64,000 nt of DNA from Candidatus Yanofskybacteria bacterium (GCA_016185525.1 JACPNK010000006.1:22728-86727), one strand, 5' to 3'. Positions 28,356 through 38,688 are shown, counted from the first letter of the stretch. Made by a program: numbers and translations. Notes: generated by a model not told the origin, from the letters alone.

Positions 28356-29210
28356 TCAGAACTTCCGGGAGGCACCAACGCCCACGTTGCCGGCGCGACC
28401 GCCGTCCCAGCTATCGATGCGGAGGCCGCGCCCGTCGAAGCGGCCGACACACGAAACGTCGCCAGCGAAGGCCGAGTCGGTCTTCACTGTCCGCTCCGCG
28501 CAGGCTGCCCATTTGGATCCGTTGGGACGAACACCAGTCTTACGGAAGACGAGGATGTCCTTGGTCGTTTCCATTATCGTCGATGGCACTTCGTACTCGG
28601 GCGGAAGCATCGCCACCTGCTCTTCGGGCGTCTTGTTCGTCGAGTTAGGAACGATCTCCGTATGGAGCAGGTAATAGCGAAGCCGCATGGTCGCCACATC
28701 GGTGTGGGGCTGGCCTCCGTGCCAGGGGTTGCTGTTGAAGTAGAACTTCGGCTGGCCCGTTGCCGGATGCAACTGAAGCCACTTGGCCACCGTGAGAGGC
28801 GAACCGTTGATGGCGGTCAGGCCCAGGAATGCGAAGTGGCAGTCCTTCACCACCTTGCCGCAGAGCGGGCAGGTGGAATTGAGGATGTCCTCACCCCACG
28901 GGAACTTTCCGGCGTCGCGGATCTGCTTCTTCGTGAACTTGGCGTCGTAGTAGCTCATCCAGTCGGCAACATCGAAAATGTTGCGACCGAGAACCATACG
29001 AGCCATGCGCGATTCGATAGAACCGATGAGGCCTTTTCGCAACATCGCCTGAGCGATGCGGCGAGTGTACTCGCTGTCGGTGCGGAAGAGATCGAAGAGA
29101 TCGCGGGGATTGCCTCCCTCACTGGCAATCGCTTTCTCAAGCGACGCCACGCTTTCCTCGAACTCACCCTTGGTCATGGTCCAGAGACCGCTTGTCTTGG
29201 CTTGTGTCAT
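28356..29210 (-). CDS. DGR target protein 2
   Basis: GC-rich ORF, AAGGAG RBS before MTQAK; C-terminal VR ending GVGASRKF. Confidence 0.9.
   Translation of the reverse strand: MTQAKTSGLWTMTKGEFEESVASLEKAIASEGGNPRDLFDLFRTDSEYTRRIAQAMLRKGLIGSIESRMARMVLGRNIFDVADWMSYYDAKFTKKQIRDAGKFPWGEDILNSTCPLCGKVVKDCHFAFLGLTAINGSPLTVAKWLQLHPATGQPKFYFNSNPWHGGQPHTDVATMRLRYYLLHTEIVPNSTNKTPEEQVAMLPPEYEVPSTIMETTKDILVFRKTGVRPNGSKWAACAERTVKTDSAFAGDVSCVGRFDGRGLRIDSWDGGRAGNVGVGASRKF
28358..28475 (-). repeat. DGR variable repeat VR2
   Basis: By manual count 20 of 21 mismatches to TR2 are at TR adenines; the other is near the 3' end. Confidence 0.95.
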
Positions 29211-29480
29211 AACACATCTCCTTTTTTTGTCGGTTTGCTCTCCATGTCCTTTAGGGACTCTTGAGAGCGGATGCCCCATGCCGTGGGGCTGCGGTCCTGC
29301 CTACCGGCAGGCAGGCTTGTCTCAGAAGTTGAGACAAGTATGCTGGAAACCATTGTTTAGGCATCCAAAATGCTTGTCTCAAGTAGAACCTTATTGTAAG
29401 GAACTACATCATAATTATATCATCTTGTAAGTGTGCCTGTCAATAGGGTATTTTACTCGGGACTAGGGAATGGACTGGGT

Positions 29481-31298
29481 TTACACTTCTATGACTACCG
29501 GCAAGACCATGGGTCTTTTTTCTGTTTTTTGGAAGAGAAACTTGCCGATTTCTTCGCGGAGATTGTCTTTAAGATAAGCGGTGTCAACCCTGCCGACAGC
29601 GCTGGTTTTTTCAACAACAAATCTGGCCTTCTTTCTGACTTGAGCAAGGAGTTCTTTGTTGTCTTTCAAATAAATAAAACCACGGGAGATGATATCCGGA
29701 CTGGTCAGTACTCGGCCGGTTTTTGTATCTATGAGAATGACTATGACAAACATACCGTCTTCGGCTAGAACTTGTCTGTCTCTCAAGACTACGTTGCCGA
29801 CATCGCCGATGCCTAAACCGTCGACTAGTATCGGATTGCTGGCGACCGTTCTTTTGTCAAACCACCACCTGATCTTATCTGAAATCGGGTTTTCTAAATC
29901 GGGGTTGCTTAGATGAATAACAGAGCCGTTGTCGGCAATAATGATGTTTTCTTCGGGAATTCCTTTGGTCTGGCCTATTTCTGAATGGCTGACCATCATT
30001 GAATATTGTCCATGGATTGGCATGAGGATTTTTGGGTTCATAACTTCCATCATGTGTCCCAAGTCTTCTCTCTGAGCATGTCCGCCGGCGTGTATGTCCA
30101 TCATTTGGTAGTGGTAAACTTTCATGCCTGCTCTGTAAAACATATCTTTTAAATTTTGCACGGCTCTTTCATTGCCCGGCACGGTGGAAGAGGAAAAAAT
30201 CAAAGAGTCTTTTTTAATCAGACGAATAAAACGGTGTTCATGGTTGGCAATACGCATCAAAGCGGCGTTGCTTTGTCCCTGCGCGCCGGTGGCGATGACT
30301 GTAATTTTAGACCGAGGATAATCATTTACCTGATTGGATGTAATCTGGGTGTCTTTTTGCATTTTTATATAACCCAGCTCCTTGGCTATTTCAACGTTTG
30401 ACTTCATGCTGTAGCCTTCAAAAACAACCTTCCGGCCGTATTTTTCCGAAAGCCAGACTATTTGCTGGATACGGTCAACCATGGAAGCAAAAGTTCCAAA
30501 GACAATCATCTGCTTTGATTCTCTGAAAATCAGCTCCATGTTGTCCATGATAGTTTTTTCTGAAATTGAGTGGCCTTCTCTTTCTGCGCCGGTTGAGTCG
30601 GCCATTAAGACTGATACGCCTCTTCTGCCGAGTTCTCTTAGGTGGTCAAGGTTTATGGGTTGGCCGTTGGTGGGCGAATGGTCAAACTTAAAATCAGCCG
30701 TATGAACTATTGTTGCTTTGGGTGTTTTGATGAATAAAGCAAGGTCGTCAGGTATGTTGTGGTTAACATGAAAAAATTCAACTTCAAAATAGTCTCCGAA
30801 TTTTGCGGTGTCATCGGCTTTTACGATATGGAATTTTAGTTTTGGCAAATGGGGGAATTCTTCATGTCTTTTGGCGACGATGCCTCTGGTCAAAGCGCCT
30901 CCGTAAATATCCGGATTGCCAAGTTTTTCCAGCAAGTAGGGCAGAGCGCCGATATGGTCCATGTGGCCGTGAGTTAAAATCAAGCCTCTTATATTCCCTC
31001 TTTTTCTTTCCAGATATTCGGTGTTGGGGATAATGTAATCTATCCCCAAGTGGTCTTCGTCGGGAAACTTAAAACCGGCATCAATTACCAATATGTCGTC
31101 TTTGTATTCCAGGAGACACATATTTTTTCCTATCTCGCCGAGTCCGCCCAGGGGAATAATTTTAAGAGTTTCTTCCCCGTGGTCGGAGGTCATTTTTGTC
31201 GGTCCTAAAGCTGGGGGAGTTCTCCTCGCGGGGCGCGGATTGGGAGATCTTTTCCAAGAAGATCTTCTTGGTTTTTTAGCTGTAGTTGTTTCTATCAT
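29481..31298 (-). CDS. rnj: Ribonuclease J
   Basis: IIPLGGLGEIGKN, THGHMDHIG, IHAGGHA, PIHG. Confidence 0.97.
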   Translation of the reverse strand: MIETTTAKKPRRSSWKRSPNPRPARRTPPALGPTKMTSDHGEETLKIIPLGGLGEIGKNMCLLEYKDDILVIDAGFKFPDEDHLGIDYIIPNTEYLERKRGNIRGLILTHGHMDHIGALPYLLEKLGNPDIYGGALTRGIVAKRHEEFPHLPKLKFHIVKADDTAKFGDYFEVEFFHVNHNIPDDLALFIKTPKATIVHTADFKFDHSPTNGQPINLDHLRELGRRGVSVLMADSTGAEREGHSISEKTIMDNMELIFRESKQMIVFGTFASMVDRIQQIVWLSEKYGRKVVFEGYSMKSNVEIAKELGYIKMQKDTQITSNQVNDYPRSKITVIATGAQGQSNAALMRIANHEHRFIRLIKKDSLIFSSSTVPGNERAVQNLKDMFYRAGMKVYHYQMMDIHAGGHAQREDLGHMMEVMNPKILMPIHGQYSMMVSHSEIGQTKGIPEENIIIADNGSVIHLSNPDLENPISDKIRWWFDKRTVASNPILVDGLGIGDVGNVVLRDRQVLAEDGMFVIVILIDTKTGRVLTSPDIISRGFIYLKDNKELLAQVRKKARFVVEKTSAVGRVDTAYLKDNLREEIGKFLFQKTEKRPMVLPVVIEV

Positions 31299-31490
31299 AA
31301 ATTAAAAAATTGAATTAAATTTAGAGATGTTTAAAACTATTTATTTTTTTGGTGCAGTATTCTTGAATTAGTCCGAACGCATTTCGCCGCCACAGGCGGC
31401 GAGGAAGTCCCCTCGCGAAAATTCGGAAAGGCGGCGGAGCCACACCGCTGACAATTTCAAGTTTTTCTTTGGCGGCAAGTTCTTTAAAAA

Positions 31491-32303
31491 CTATTTAGTA
31501 AATTTGAAAGTTGAAAAAACTTGCGATAGATAATTAAATAATTTTGTTTTATCTAATTCATCTAGCTGTTTCTTTTCGGATGAACTGATTCCTGTATAAA
31601 GTTCTAGGGCGATCCAGTAGCATCTTTCGTTGCGATAGGTTCTGTAAGCTTGTTCGCGACGATTACCAAGATCGATATCGTCATAGGCGTAATCAGTTCC
31701 GTTAACCGATACTTGGGTTGTGTTTTTTTCCATGTAGACCGTTGCTAAACAATCTTTTTGGGATGTATCCTTTTCTGGCACAACTTGCAAAAGCGCGGCG
31801 TCGAGATTTGTGTTTACAAATTCGTCCCCCGTATAGAAAAGGCAAATTGCACTTTTAGGGCTACAATAAGACGTTCCGTCGACCATTGAAAAAGATTTTT
31901 GTTGGTTGGGTCTCAGATCTGTCGAAAGGGTGTAAAACTTTTCCGGGAACTTAAATTCAAAACCGTAATCACGATTATCATAAGCTCTCCAGCTTACCAA
32001 CTGGTCCTGTGACGGTGGTTGCGTATTAAATGCTTCTCTTTTTCGAAAAAGAGTGTTCCCTAAGTCAAGGCTAAATAGGAGTTGAGAGATAAAAAAAACA
32101 ACTAAAAGTGAGAACAAAATCCAATGCCATTTTTTAGTAAAACCACCTCTAACCGCAACCAATGTTCCCCAGACAATCAGCCCGCCTATTGGTATCAATC
32201 GAGCAAGCGATAAATTACCTTTCAGTAAGAAGTATATTGCTAAAGCAGAAGCCACCAGTAAAAGCAAGGCTATAACACCAGCAAATTTTCTATTTTGGTT
32301 CAT
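31491..32303 (-). CDS. Membrane protein with extracytoplasmic PsbP-like domain (element cargo)
   Basis: Start MNQNRKF; three TMs then WRAYDNRDYGFEFKFPE...FSTFKF. Confidence 0.7.
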   Translation of the reverse strand: MNQNRKFAGVIALLLLVASALAIYFLLKGNLSLARLIPIGGLIVWGTLVAVRGGFTKKWHWILFSLLVVFFISQLLFSLDLGNTLFRKREAFNTQPPSQDQLVSWRAYDNRDYGFEFKFPEKFYTLSTDLRPNQQKSFSMVDGTSYCSPKSAICLFYTGDEFVNTNLDAALLQVVPEKDTSQKDCLATVYMEKNTTQVSVNGTDYAYDDIDLGNRREQAYRTYRNERCYWIALELYTGISSSEKKQLDELDKTKLFNYLSQVFSTFKFTK

Positions 32304-32336
32304 ATAATTATTGTACAAACTTAATTTCGACCTTAT

Positions 32337-32634
32337 GATTAAAAAATTTTCTTCCCCCAAAATTAAAACATGGTTCGAGCCGATGTTTTTCTCCGGGCTC
32401 TTTTGCGGTTTTGAGCGGTGCAGCTCCGCCGCCTTTCCGAATTTTCGCGAGGGGACTTCCTCGCCGCCTGTGGCGGCGAAATGCGTTCGGACTAATTCAA
32501 GAATACTGCACCAGACAGGAAATTGCAAGTTTGAAAGGTTTGCCTCGCTTCGCTCGGCGACTAATTCGTATTGGATTTTCGGGGCAAAAAAGAATTGGCG
32601 ATTTTGCATTTTGGGGGAAGAAAATTTTTTAATC
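32337..32634. repeat. Inverted internal copy of element attP bounded by 27-bp inverted repeats
   Basis: GATTAAAAAATTTTCTTCCCCCAAAAT and its reverse complement flank reverse-complement copies of 31350-31440 and 33987-34112. Confidence 0.85.
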
Positions 32635-32651
32635 CTTAATCCAAAAACAAT

Positions 32652-34160
32652 ATGAAATATATACTTTACGCTCGTAAATCTACCGAGGAGGATGACCGAC
32701 AAGTGCTTTCGATTCAAGCGCAACTCGAAGAGTTGCAAGAGTATGCCGCCAAAGAAAAACTTGAAATTGTCGCCTCGTTTTGCGAGGCGAAAACCGCAAA
32801 AGAGCCCGGGCGAATTAAATTCGCTGAAATGTTGTCATTGATTGAGAAGGGGAAAGCAGACGGAATTATTTCTTGGCACCCCGATAGATTGGCTCGTAAT
32901 TCTGTGGACGGAGGGAAGATTATTCATTTCGTAGATCGTGGCTTGATTCATTCCCTAAAATTTCCCACTTTCTGGTTCGAGGCAACACCACAAGGTTTGT
33001 TTATGCTTCAGATTGCTTTCGGTCAATCAAAATATTTTGTAGATAATTTGCGAGAGAATGTGAAGCGCGGTTTGCGACAAAAGATACGAAATGGAACATG
33101 GCCCGGTTGGGCTCCGGTTGGCTACCTAAATAACCCTAAAACCCGTGGTATAGACATTGATGTGGACAAAGCACCTAAAGTGCTAAAAATGTTTGAACTG
33201 TATGCCACCGGAGCGCATACGCTCCACTCTCTCGCAAAATGGTGCGATAACAATAACCTACGCGGCAATCTTGGGAAAAAACTTGTTATCGCAAATATAC
33301 AGAAAAATCTACAAAATATTTTCTATCTCGGTTTGATGAAGTGGAAAAGGGAAATTTTTGAGGGAAAACACGAGCCGTTAATCTCAAAGAAACTTTTTGA
33401 TAAATGTCAGGAAGTTATGGCGAAACGCGGTAAAGTGCAGGAGGTTCGCAAACATCATTTTGCTTTTCTTGGCCTTTTAAAATGTGCCTCTTGTGGTTGC
33501 TCAATCACCGGAGAGCGACAGAAAGGACATAATTACTATCGTTGCACGAAAAAGAAAGGGCCATGCCAAGAAAAGCATTATCTCCGCGAGGAAGTGTTAA
33601 CCGAGCAGATCAAAAACTTCTTGCAAAAAGTTTCTTTGTCGAGCCAAGACACCGAGAAAGTTTTGGCGGCGTTGGATAGCGAACAGGATAAAGCACGGCA
33701 AGATGCACAAGGCGAGATTAGTATTTTGAAAGAGCAATTAGGAGAGGTTGAAACAAAACTTCAAAAACTATTAGACATCTATCTTGCCGACACTTTATCC
33801 ACAGAAGAATATGCCGCCAAAAAGAAAAGTTTGCTGTATCAAAAAATGTCTTTGAATGAGAAAATCACCGACTTTGAGACAAAAGGATTGTCTTGGCTCG
33901 AACCGGCTCGTGATTTCGTTTTATCTTTGAATCAAGCCACGAATCTGCTTTCCCCTCCCAATCTTTCTGGAATGACAACATTTCTAAAAAACATCGGCTC
34001 GAACCATGTTTTGCAAAATCGCCAATTCTTTTTTGCCCCGAAAATCCAATACGAATTAGTCGCCGAGCGAAGCGAGGCAAACCTTTCAAACTTGCAATTT
34101 CCTGTCTGGTGCCCAGGGGGAGATTTGAACTCCCACGCTCTTACGAGCACACGGCCCTGA
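32652..34160 (+). CDS. Large serine recombinase
   Basis: YARKST catalytic motif, DRLARN, recombinase domain, CASCG zinc ribbon, coiled coil. Confidence 0.95.
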   Translation: MKYILYARKSTEEDDRQVLSIQAQLEELQEYAAKEKLEIVASFCEAKTAKEPGRIKFAEMLSLIEKGKADGIISWHPDRLARNSVDGGKIIHFVDRGLIHSLKFPTFWFEATPQGLFMLQIAFGQSKYFVDNLRENVKRGLRQKIRNGTWPGWAPVGYLNNPKTRGIDIDVDKAPKVLKMFELYATGAHTLHSLAKWCDNNNLRGNLGKKLVIANIQKNLQNIFYLGLMKWKREIFEGKHEPLISKKLFDKCQEVMAKRGKVQEVRKHHFAFLGLLKCASCGCSITGERQKGHNYYRCTKKKGPCQEKHYLREEVLTEQIKNFLQKVSLSSQDTEKVLAALDSEQDKARQDAQGEISILKEQLGEVETKLQKLLDIYLADTLSTEEYAAKKKSLLYQKMSLNEKITDFETKGLSWLEPARDFVLSLNQATNLLSPPNLSGMTTFLKNIGSNHVLQNRQFFFAPKIQYELVAERSEANLSNLQFPVWCPGGDLNSHALTSTRP

Positions 34161-34193
34161 ACCGTGAATGTCTGCCAATTTCATCACCTGGGC
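34107..34193 (-). tRNA. tRNA-Leu(CAG)
   Basis: GCCCAGG acceptor, CACGG-TTCAGGG-CCGTG anticodon arm, long variable arm, CCA. Confidence 0.95.
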
Positions 34194-34207
34194 TTTTGCG
34201 ATGCGGT

Positions 34208-35140
34208 TTAGAGTTTTTTAAAACTCTCAATTATTTCCGTGGAGTCGGGGTCAACTCCCAGTTGTTGGGCGAGTTGAGCTGATGTTGTGGAAGCTAAAAT
34301 GTATTGGCCAAGTACTTTTTCCAGACGGGTTTTGCCCTCAATTTTAATCAATACATTCTCTGTGTTATATTTTTTCAGGAATTTATAAAATTTTTCTAAA
34401 TTAAGTCGGTCTGTCGTTTCTTCTTCGGAATCTTCTAAAATCAAATAGAAAAACCTTTGATCTTTTTCTTTTACTCCGGCTATTTCGTTGTGTACTGCTT
34501 CGGGCAGGAAACTTGCAAAAGCGTGGATTTTAGAGTTCTCATTAAAAAACTTTTTCCAAAATAGTCCGAGAAATCTCCAAGAGTAAGAAGAATATATAAT
34601 AGGAGTTTTTGCGCCTATGGCTTCAGAGATGCTGGCACCAAAGCCAAAATTATCCTTTTCTTGGGAGAATAGCGGAGAGTTAAAAGTACTTTCAATTATA
34701 TCAGAGTGGGAAAATAAAGTCAACGTGGAGGCCAGCATTGAACCAAAGGCGTTTCTGGGGTTGAGGTTTTGGTTGGGGAGCAGGATTAAGATTACGCCGT
34801 CTTTTCGGGCCAGTTCGGCAAGTCTGCCGCCGCTGGTTATAACTACTGTTTTAATATTTTTTTCCATAGCCGATTCATACGAGGCGATGGTTTCTTCGGT
34901 GTTGCCGGACCAGGAAGTGCATATGACCAGATGTTCTTTTGATGCCCAGTGGGGGAGATGGCGCGCGCGGTTTATATAGACTGCGATATCTTCCAACCAA
35001 AGCATTGAGATGGCTTCGGCAGGCATAATTGAACCGCCCATTCCGCAGAAAATTATACGGGAATAATCCGAAGGATTAATCGGAGTTATTCTTTTGGCAA
35101 CATTTAAGCCGTCTATTAGTTGTTGTCTAACTTGGACCAT
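34208..35140 (-). CDS. Bifunctional phosphoglucose/phosphomannose isomerase (SIS)
   Basis: CGMGGS, SWSGNTEET, ITSGG, NENSK, PEAVHNEI. Confidence 0.9.
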   Translation of the reverse strand: MVQVRQQLIDGLNVAKRITPINPSDYSRIIFCGMGGSIMPAEAISMLWLEDIAVYINRARHLPHWASKEHLVICTSWSGNTEETIASYESAMEKNIKTVVITSGGRLAELARKDGVILILLPNQNLNPRNAFGSMLASTLTLFSHSDIIESTFNSPLFSQEKDNFGFGASISEAIGAKTPIIYSSYSWRFLGLFWKKFFNENSKIHAFASFLPEAVHNEIAGVKEKDQRFFYLILEDSEEETTDRLNLEKFYKFLKKYNTENVLIKIEGKTRLEKVLGQYILASTTSAQLAQQLGVDPDSTEIIESFKKL

Positions 35141-35297
35141 TTGTTTTTTAGAGTTATGAGTTAGAATTTCTAATTAATCTAATTATTTTAATCAAGCTCC
35201 AAACCCCAATAACTAATAATTGAAATCTTTTTTTGGGATTTGGTAATTGGGAATTGTTTAGATCAATTAGATTAACTAGAAATTAGAAATTTTATTT

Positions 35298-37127
35298 TCA
35301 TCTTCTTACCCTCTTTGTTTCTATGTACCATTGGCTTATATTATCAAATCTGGCCGACGGGATTGAGAGTATTTCTGTCTGGTTGCCTTTGATTTTTTTG
35401 CTGGGCAGATATAGGTAGTAAGGCGAGTAAAGGAATATGGCAGGTGCGTCTTCCAACAAGATTTTTTCAAAATCTTCGTACTTTTTAATCCTTTCCGAGG
35501 TGTTGAAAATTTGTCTGCCCTCTTCAAGAATTTTATCAGCGGTCTTGTTGTCATACAAGGCCAGGTTTAAACCCGGATCTTTTTTCTGCGATGAATGCCA
35601 GAAGCTGTATGGGTCAAAGTCAAGACCCAGAACTTCTCCAAAAAGCAGGACTTCATAATCACGGTCTCTGATGGATTGCTGTATTTCTGTTAAAGTCTCA
35701 ACTTTTACGCTGACTTTAAACCCGACTTCTTCCCACTGTTTTTTCAAGATTTCCGCCGCCTTGCTAAGATCAGAAGAATGAGAAGTTTTTATCTCAATCA
35801 CCGCTTCATCTTTTGGCTCTGTTTGGCTTTTTTTTGCCGGTTCTTTTTCCCTGAATCCGTCGCCGTCAGAGTCTTTCCAGCCGCTGTTTTCAAGGATTTG
35901 CTTGGCAAATTCTTTGTCATAAGCGTATTTTTGAGCAGTTTCTTGCTGTTGGGTTAGTTCCTTTAGTATCGGTGAATTTATAATTAGGCCTTTTTGGTCC
36001 AGCACTTTGTCCAGCAATTCTTGTTTGTCGGTAGCGTAGTTAATGGCCAGACGGATGTTTTTATCGGTTAGGACCTTGCTTTGGTTTTGATTAAAAAAGG
36101 CGGCGAAATATCTGGGCAACCGAATTTTTTGCGGAGAGAGTTTCTGGCTGAACTTAAGGTTTTTAATTTTTTCCGTGGATAAAAATCCTATACCCTCAAC
36201 CATGTTGCTGTTATAAGCCCGCACGAGTTCGTCTTCGGAGTTAAAAAATTTAAATGTAAGGTTTTTAATGAACGGTTTCTGTCCGTGGTAATTTTCATAA
36301 GCCGTTAATTCGTAGCTTGTGGTTGAGCCGTTGGAATCTTTTTTTAATTTTTTAAATTTGTATGGGCCGGAACCTATGGGTTTAAGATTGAGCTCGGAGA
36401 AAGAAAACAGGCTGGGCTTTACGTTTTCCCATAGATGCTTAGGCAGGATGCCTAAAGTTGTGTTATTTAGAAACTGGGCATATTTATTTTTTAGTTTCAA
36501 CTTGATTGTGTAGTCGTTTATTTTTTCAATCTCCACTCCTTGCCAGTTTATTCTTTGGATACTGCCATAGTCGTTATTCTGTAAAATCCCGAGAGTGAAA
36601 ATCACGTCATCGGCGTTAAGAGGCAAGCCGTCGTGCCACTTGATATTTTTTTTAAGTACAAAGGTATACTCCAGCTGGTTATCCGATATTTCATAAGATT
36701 CAGCCATATCGGGTACAATATTGCCCGATTGGTCGTATTTCATAAGCGAGGAATAAATGACTTCAGATATGTCTCTATCTGCGTCGTTGGCCTGAATTAA
36801 AAGAGGGTTTATATATTGAGGCGTTCCCAACAAGCCCTCTGAATAAGAACCGCCGAAATCCGGCACGGGCTGTGTTATGTGGTAAAAAAATCCCAGGGGA
36901 ATATAAAGCAGTGAGAAAAGACCGGCTGACAGAAAAAGCAAAATTAAATAACGCTCTTTTTTGGAAAGAACCTGCGGAAGCAGACGAAGTTGATTTTTTG
37001 ACGGCAGGCTGTTTTTAAAACGTTGCCAAAAACCGGGCCTTTCGGTCTTTCTTTTATTTGAGGAATCGTTTTTATTTGGAGACGAGCTGGTATAAAACTC
37101 GTCAATCTGGTTGTCTAAGTTTGGCAT
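35298..37127 (-). CDS. Peptide ABC transporter substrate-binding protein (family 5)
   Basis: IVPDMAESY, KWHDG..LNADDVIFT, PIGSGPYKF. Confidence 0.9.
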   Translation of the reverse strand: MPNLDNQIDEFYTSSSPNKNDSSNKRKTERPGFWQRFKNSLPSKNQLRLLPQVLSKKERYLILLFLSAGLFSLLYIPLGFFYHITQPVPDFGGSYSEGLLGTPQYINPLLIQANDADRDISEVIYSSLMKYDQSGNIVPDMAESYEISDNQLEYTFVLKKNIKWHDGLPLNADDVIFTLGILQNNDYGSIQRINWQGVEIEKINDYTIKLKLKNKYAQFLNNTTLGILPKHLWENVKPSLFSFSELNLKPIGSGPYKFKKLKKDSNGSTTSYELTAYENYHGQKPFIKNLTFKFFNSEDELVRAYNSNMVEGIGFLSTEKIKNLKFSQKLSPQKIRLPRYFAAFFNQNQSKVLTDKNIRLAINYATDKQELLDKVLDQKGLIINSPILKELTQQQETAQKYAYDKEFAKQILENSGWKDSDGDGFREKEPAKKSQTEPKDEAVIEIKTSHSSDLSKAAEILKKQWEEVGFKVSVKVETLTEIQQSIRDRDYEVLLFGEVLGLDFDPYSFWHSSQKKDPGLNLALYDNKTADKILEEGRQIFNTSERIKKYEDFEKILLEDAPAIFLYSPYYLYLPSKKIKGNQTEILSIPSARFDNISQWYIETKRVRR

Positions 37128-37149
37128 GAGAAAAAACGAGCTTTCAAAA

Positions 37150-37368
37150 CTAAAGCCTGATTCTGACGACCGACAGGATTATAAAGACTGCCGCCAAGAA
37201 AATAGTGGCGTAAAAAAGAACTTTTTCCATACCCCGTCGGGTGCTGTAGACATTGCCGCCGTCCGAGCCGAAAGCCGATCCCAGTCCGGAACCTTTTTGT
37301 TGGAGAAGAATAGTGATTATTAAAAGAAAAGAAACAGCAATTTGTATTATCGTAAGAGTTTTAGTCAT
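37150..37368 (-). CDS. secG: Preprotein translocase SecG
   Basis: ILLQQKGSGLGSAFG...TRRGMEK. Confidence 0.93.
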   Translation of the reverse strand: MTKTLTIIQIAVSFLLIITILLQQKGSGLGSAFGSDGGNVYSTRRGMEKVLFYATIFLAAVFIILSVVRIRL

Positions 37369-37723
37369 TTTGGCTGGTTAGGGCTTTTGAAGCGGTTGTG
37401 ATGATTACATTTACAAAAGAAATAATTATTGTGGACCAAATCAAGGCGCCGGAAGTCTGAATAACGACAAAGTCTAAAAAGTAAGACACGAGCCACAACA
37501 AAAAGCCGTTGATAATTAAACTGAAAATACCCAGAGTGAGAATTATGATCGGAGCCGAAACAAATTTTAGAATAGGCTTAACAGTCAGATTAAGCAAGCC
37601 CAAAACCAAACCGGCTAATACAAATCCAGCTATGCCTCTGTTGATAACAAGTCCCGGCACCAAGAGGTAAGCCACCCAAAGGGCAATTGAATTTGAAAAA
37701 AGCCTTATAATAAAAGAAGCCAT
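37361..37723 (-). CDS. 4-TM phage-holin-family (DUF360-like) membrane protein
   Basis: LGLLNLTVKPILK...LTLGIFSLIING. Confidence 0.85.
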   Translation of the reverse strand: MASFIIRLFSNSIALWVAYLLVPGLVINRGIAGFVLAGLVLGLLNLTVKPILKFVSAPIIILTLGIFSLIINGFLLWLVSYFLDFVVIQTSGALIWSTIIISFVNVIITTASKALTSQND

Positions 37724-37759
37724 AGGCTAAATATATGGTAGCAAATATGACCTGTTTTA

Positions 37760-37804
37760 GCAACTACAACTGTGGGACGTTCAACGTCCCACAGTTGTAG
37801 TTGC
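37760..37804. repeat. Perfect 22-bp-arm palindrome
   Basis: GCAACTACAACTGTGGGACGTT-C-AACGTCCCACAGTTGTAGTTGC. Confidence 0.85.
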
Positions 37805-37857
37805 CGGGTATGCTGGGTAAGGGAAGCAATAAAAAAGAGGCTTTGTGCCTCTGTTGT

Positions 37858-38688
37858 TTACTCAACAATATGACCGTCAATTTTATGGATATCAATAGTA
37901 ACCTCAATTGGACCCTTTTTTGCGGACAAAAAGTTAAGTAAGCTTTTTTTATTCTGATGTATTTCTTCAGCTCTTTTTCTTTGTTCTGGTTTGTAAGTTG
38001 AAAGAAATTCATTCCAAATAATTTCAACTTCCTCAGTTTTTAACAAGAAAGCTTTTGAAGGCTTTGTTGTAGACTCGATTATGAGTTTCTTAAAAGTTGG
38101 AGAGTCTTCAATAAGCCAGGCTAAACTTCCAGTGATAAATTCACATCCTGGTTGCAGTGATGTGCTATCATATTGATATGGCCAAGGAAAGTTGATGTCC
38201 TTAATCTTGCCAGAAAAAGTGTGAATTTTTTCTTTTTCTAGCAAACCTCTTAAAACAAAAACTGTATCTAGACTTACAGGCTGAGAAACCCTAATCTCAA
38301 AAGGCTGTTCAATGAAAAGGTTTAATTTGTATTTTTCCAATCCTACCGCTATAAGTTCATTTTGTCGTGAGATTGTCATAAAAAAACTTCCGCTTCTTTC
38401 GATACTCTCTCTGGTGACTTTTTTTTCTTCTCTTATCTTAAATTCTTTTACTTTGCCTTTGAAAGTTATAAAACTGCCATTTTTTGGTTCACGCTCCTCT
38501 TTTACTACCAAGTTGAATCCGCTTGATTCGTCATAACCCAGTGCGGTTGATACAAAGTTAGACATAGATTCATACATTTTTTCGGGGCTGGTTTCTTTGT
38601 AAGTGGCCATTATGTTTGGGTTGTAGTCGCAGGCAGATACCAAAAGTAAGCTTAAAAACAAAGAAGATACTAGAGATATTTTTTTCAA
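37858..38688 (-). CDS. Hypothetical lipoprotein
   Basis: AGGAG RBS, TTG start, LVSAC lipobox. Confidence 0.65.
   Translation of the reverse strand: MKKISLVSSLFLSLLLVSACDYNPNIMATYKETSPEKMYESMSNFVSTALGYDESSGFNLVVKEEREPKNGSFITFKGKVKEFKIREEKKVTRESIERSGSFFMTISRQNELIAVGLEKYKLNLFIEQPFEIRVSQPVSLDTVFVLRGLLEKEKIHTFSGKIKDINFPWPYQYDSTSLQPGCEFITGSLAWLIEDSPTFKKLIIESTTKPSKAFLLKTEEVEIIWNEFLSTYKPEQRKRAEEIHQNKKSLLNFLSAKKGPIEVTIDIHKIDGHIVE

Larger units (their letters stand above)
31350..34112. mobile_element. Serine-recombinase integrative element at tRNA-Leu 3' end
   Basis: TGGTGC core at both ends (31350-31355, 34107-34112); recombinase ORF reads into the tRNA. Confidence 0.8.

Noticed and set aside
31491-32738. 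415-aa ORF as a recombinase-membrane protein fusion
   Set aside because: The N-terminal part is read-through of the inverted attP copy; the likely start is ATG 32303
32652-34160. This recombinase as the mobiliser of the ychF cassettes
   Set aside because: Its visible core is TGGTGC at tRNA-Leu; only a short GAACGCA resemblance to the cassette ends, too weak to claim
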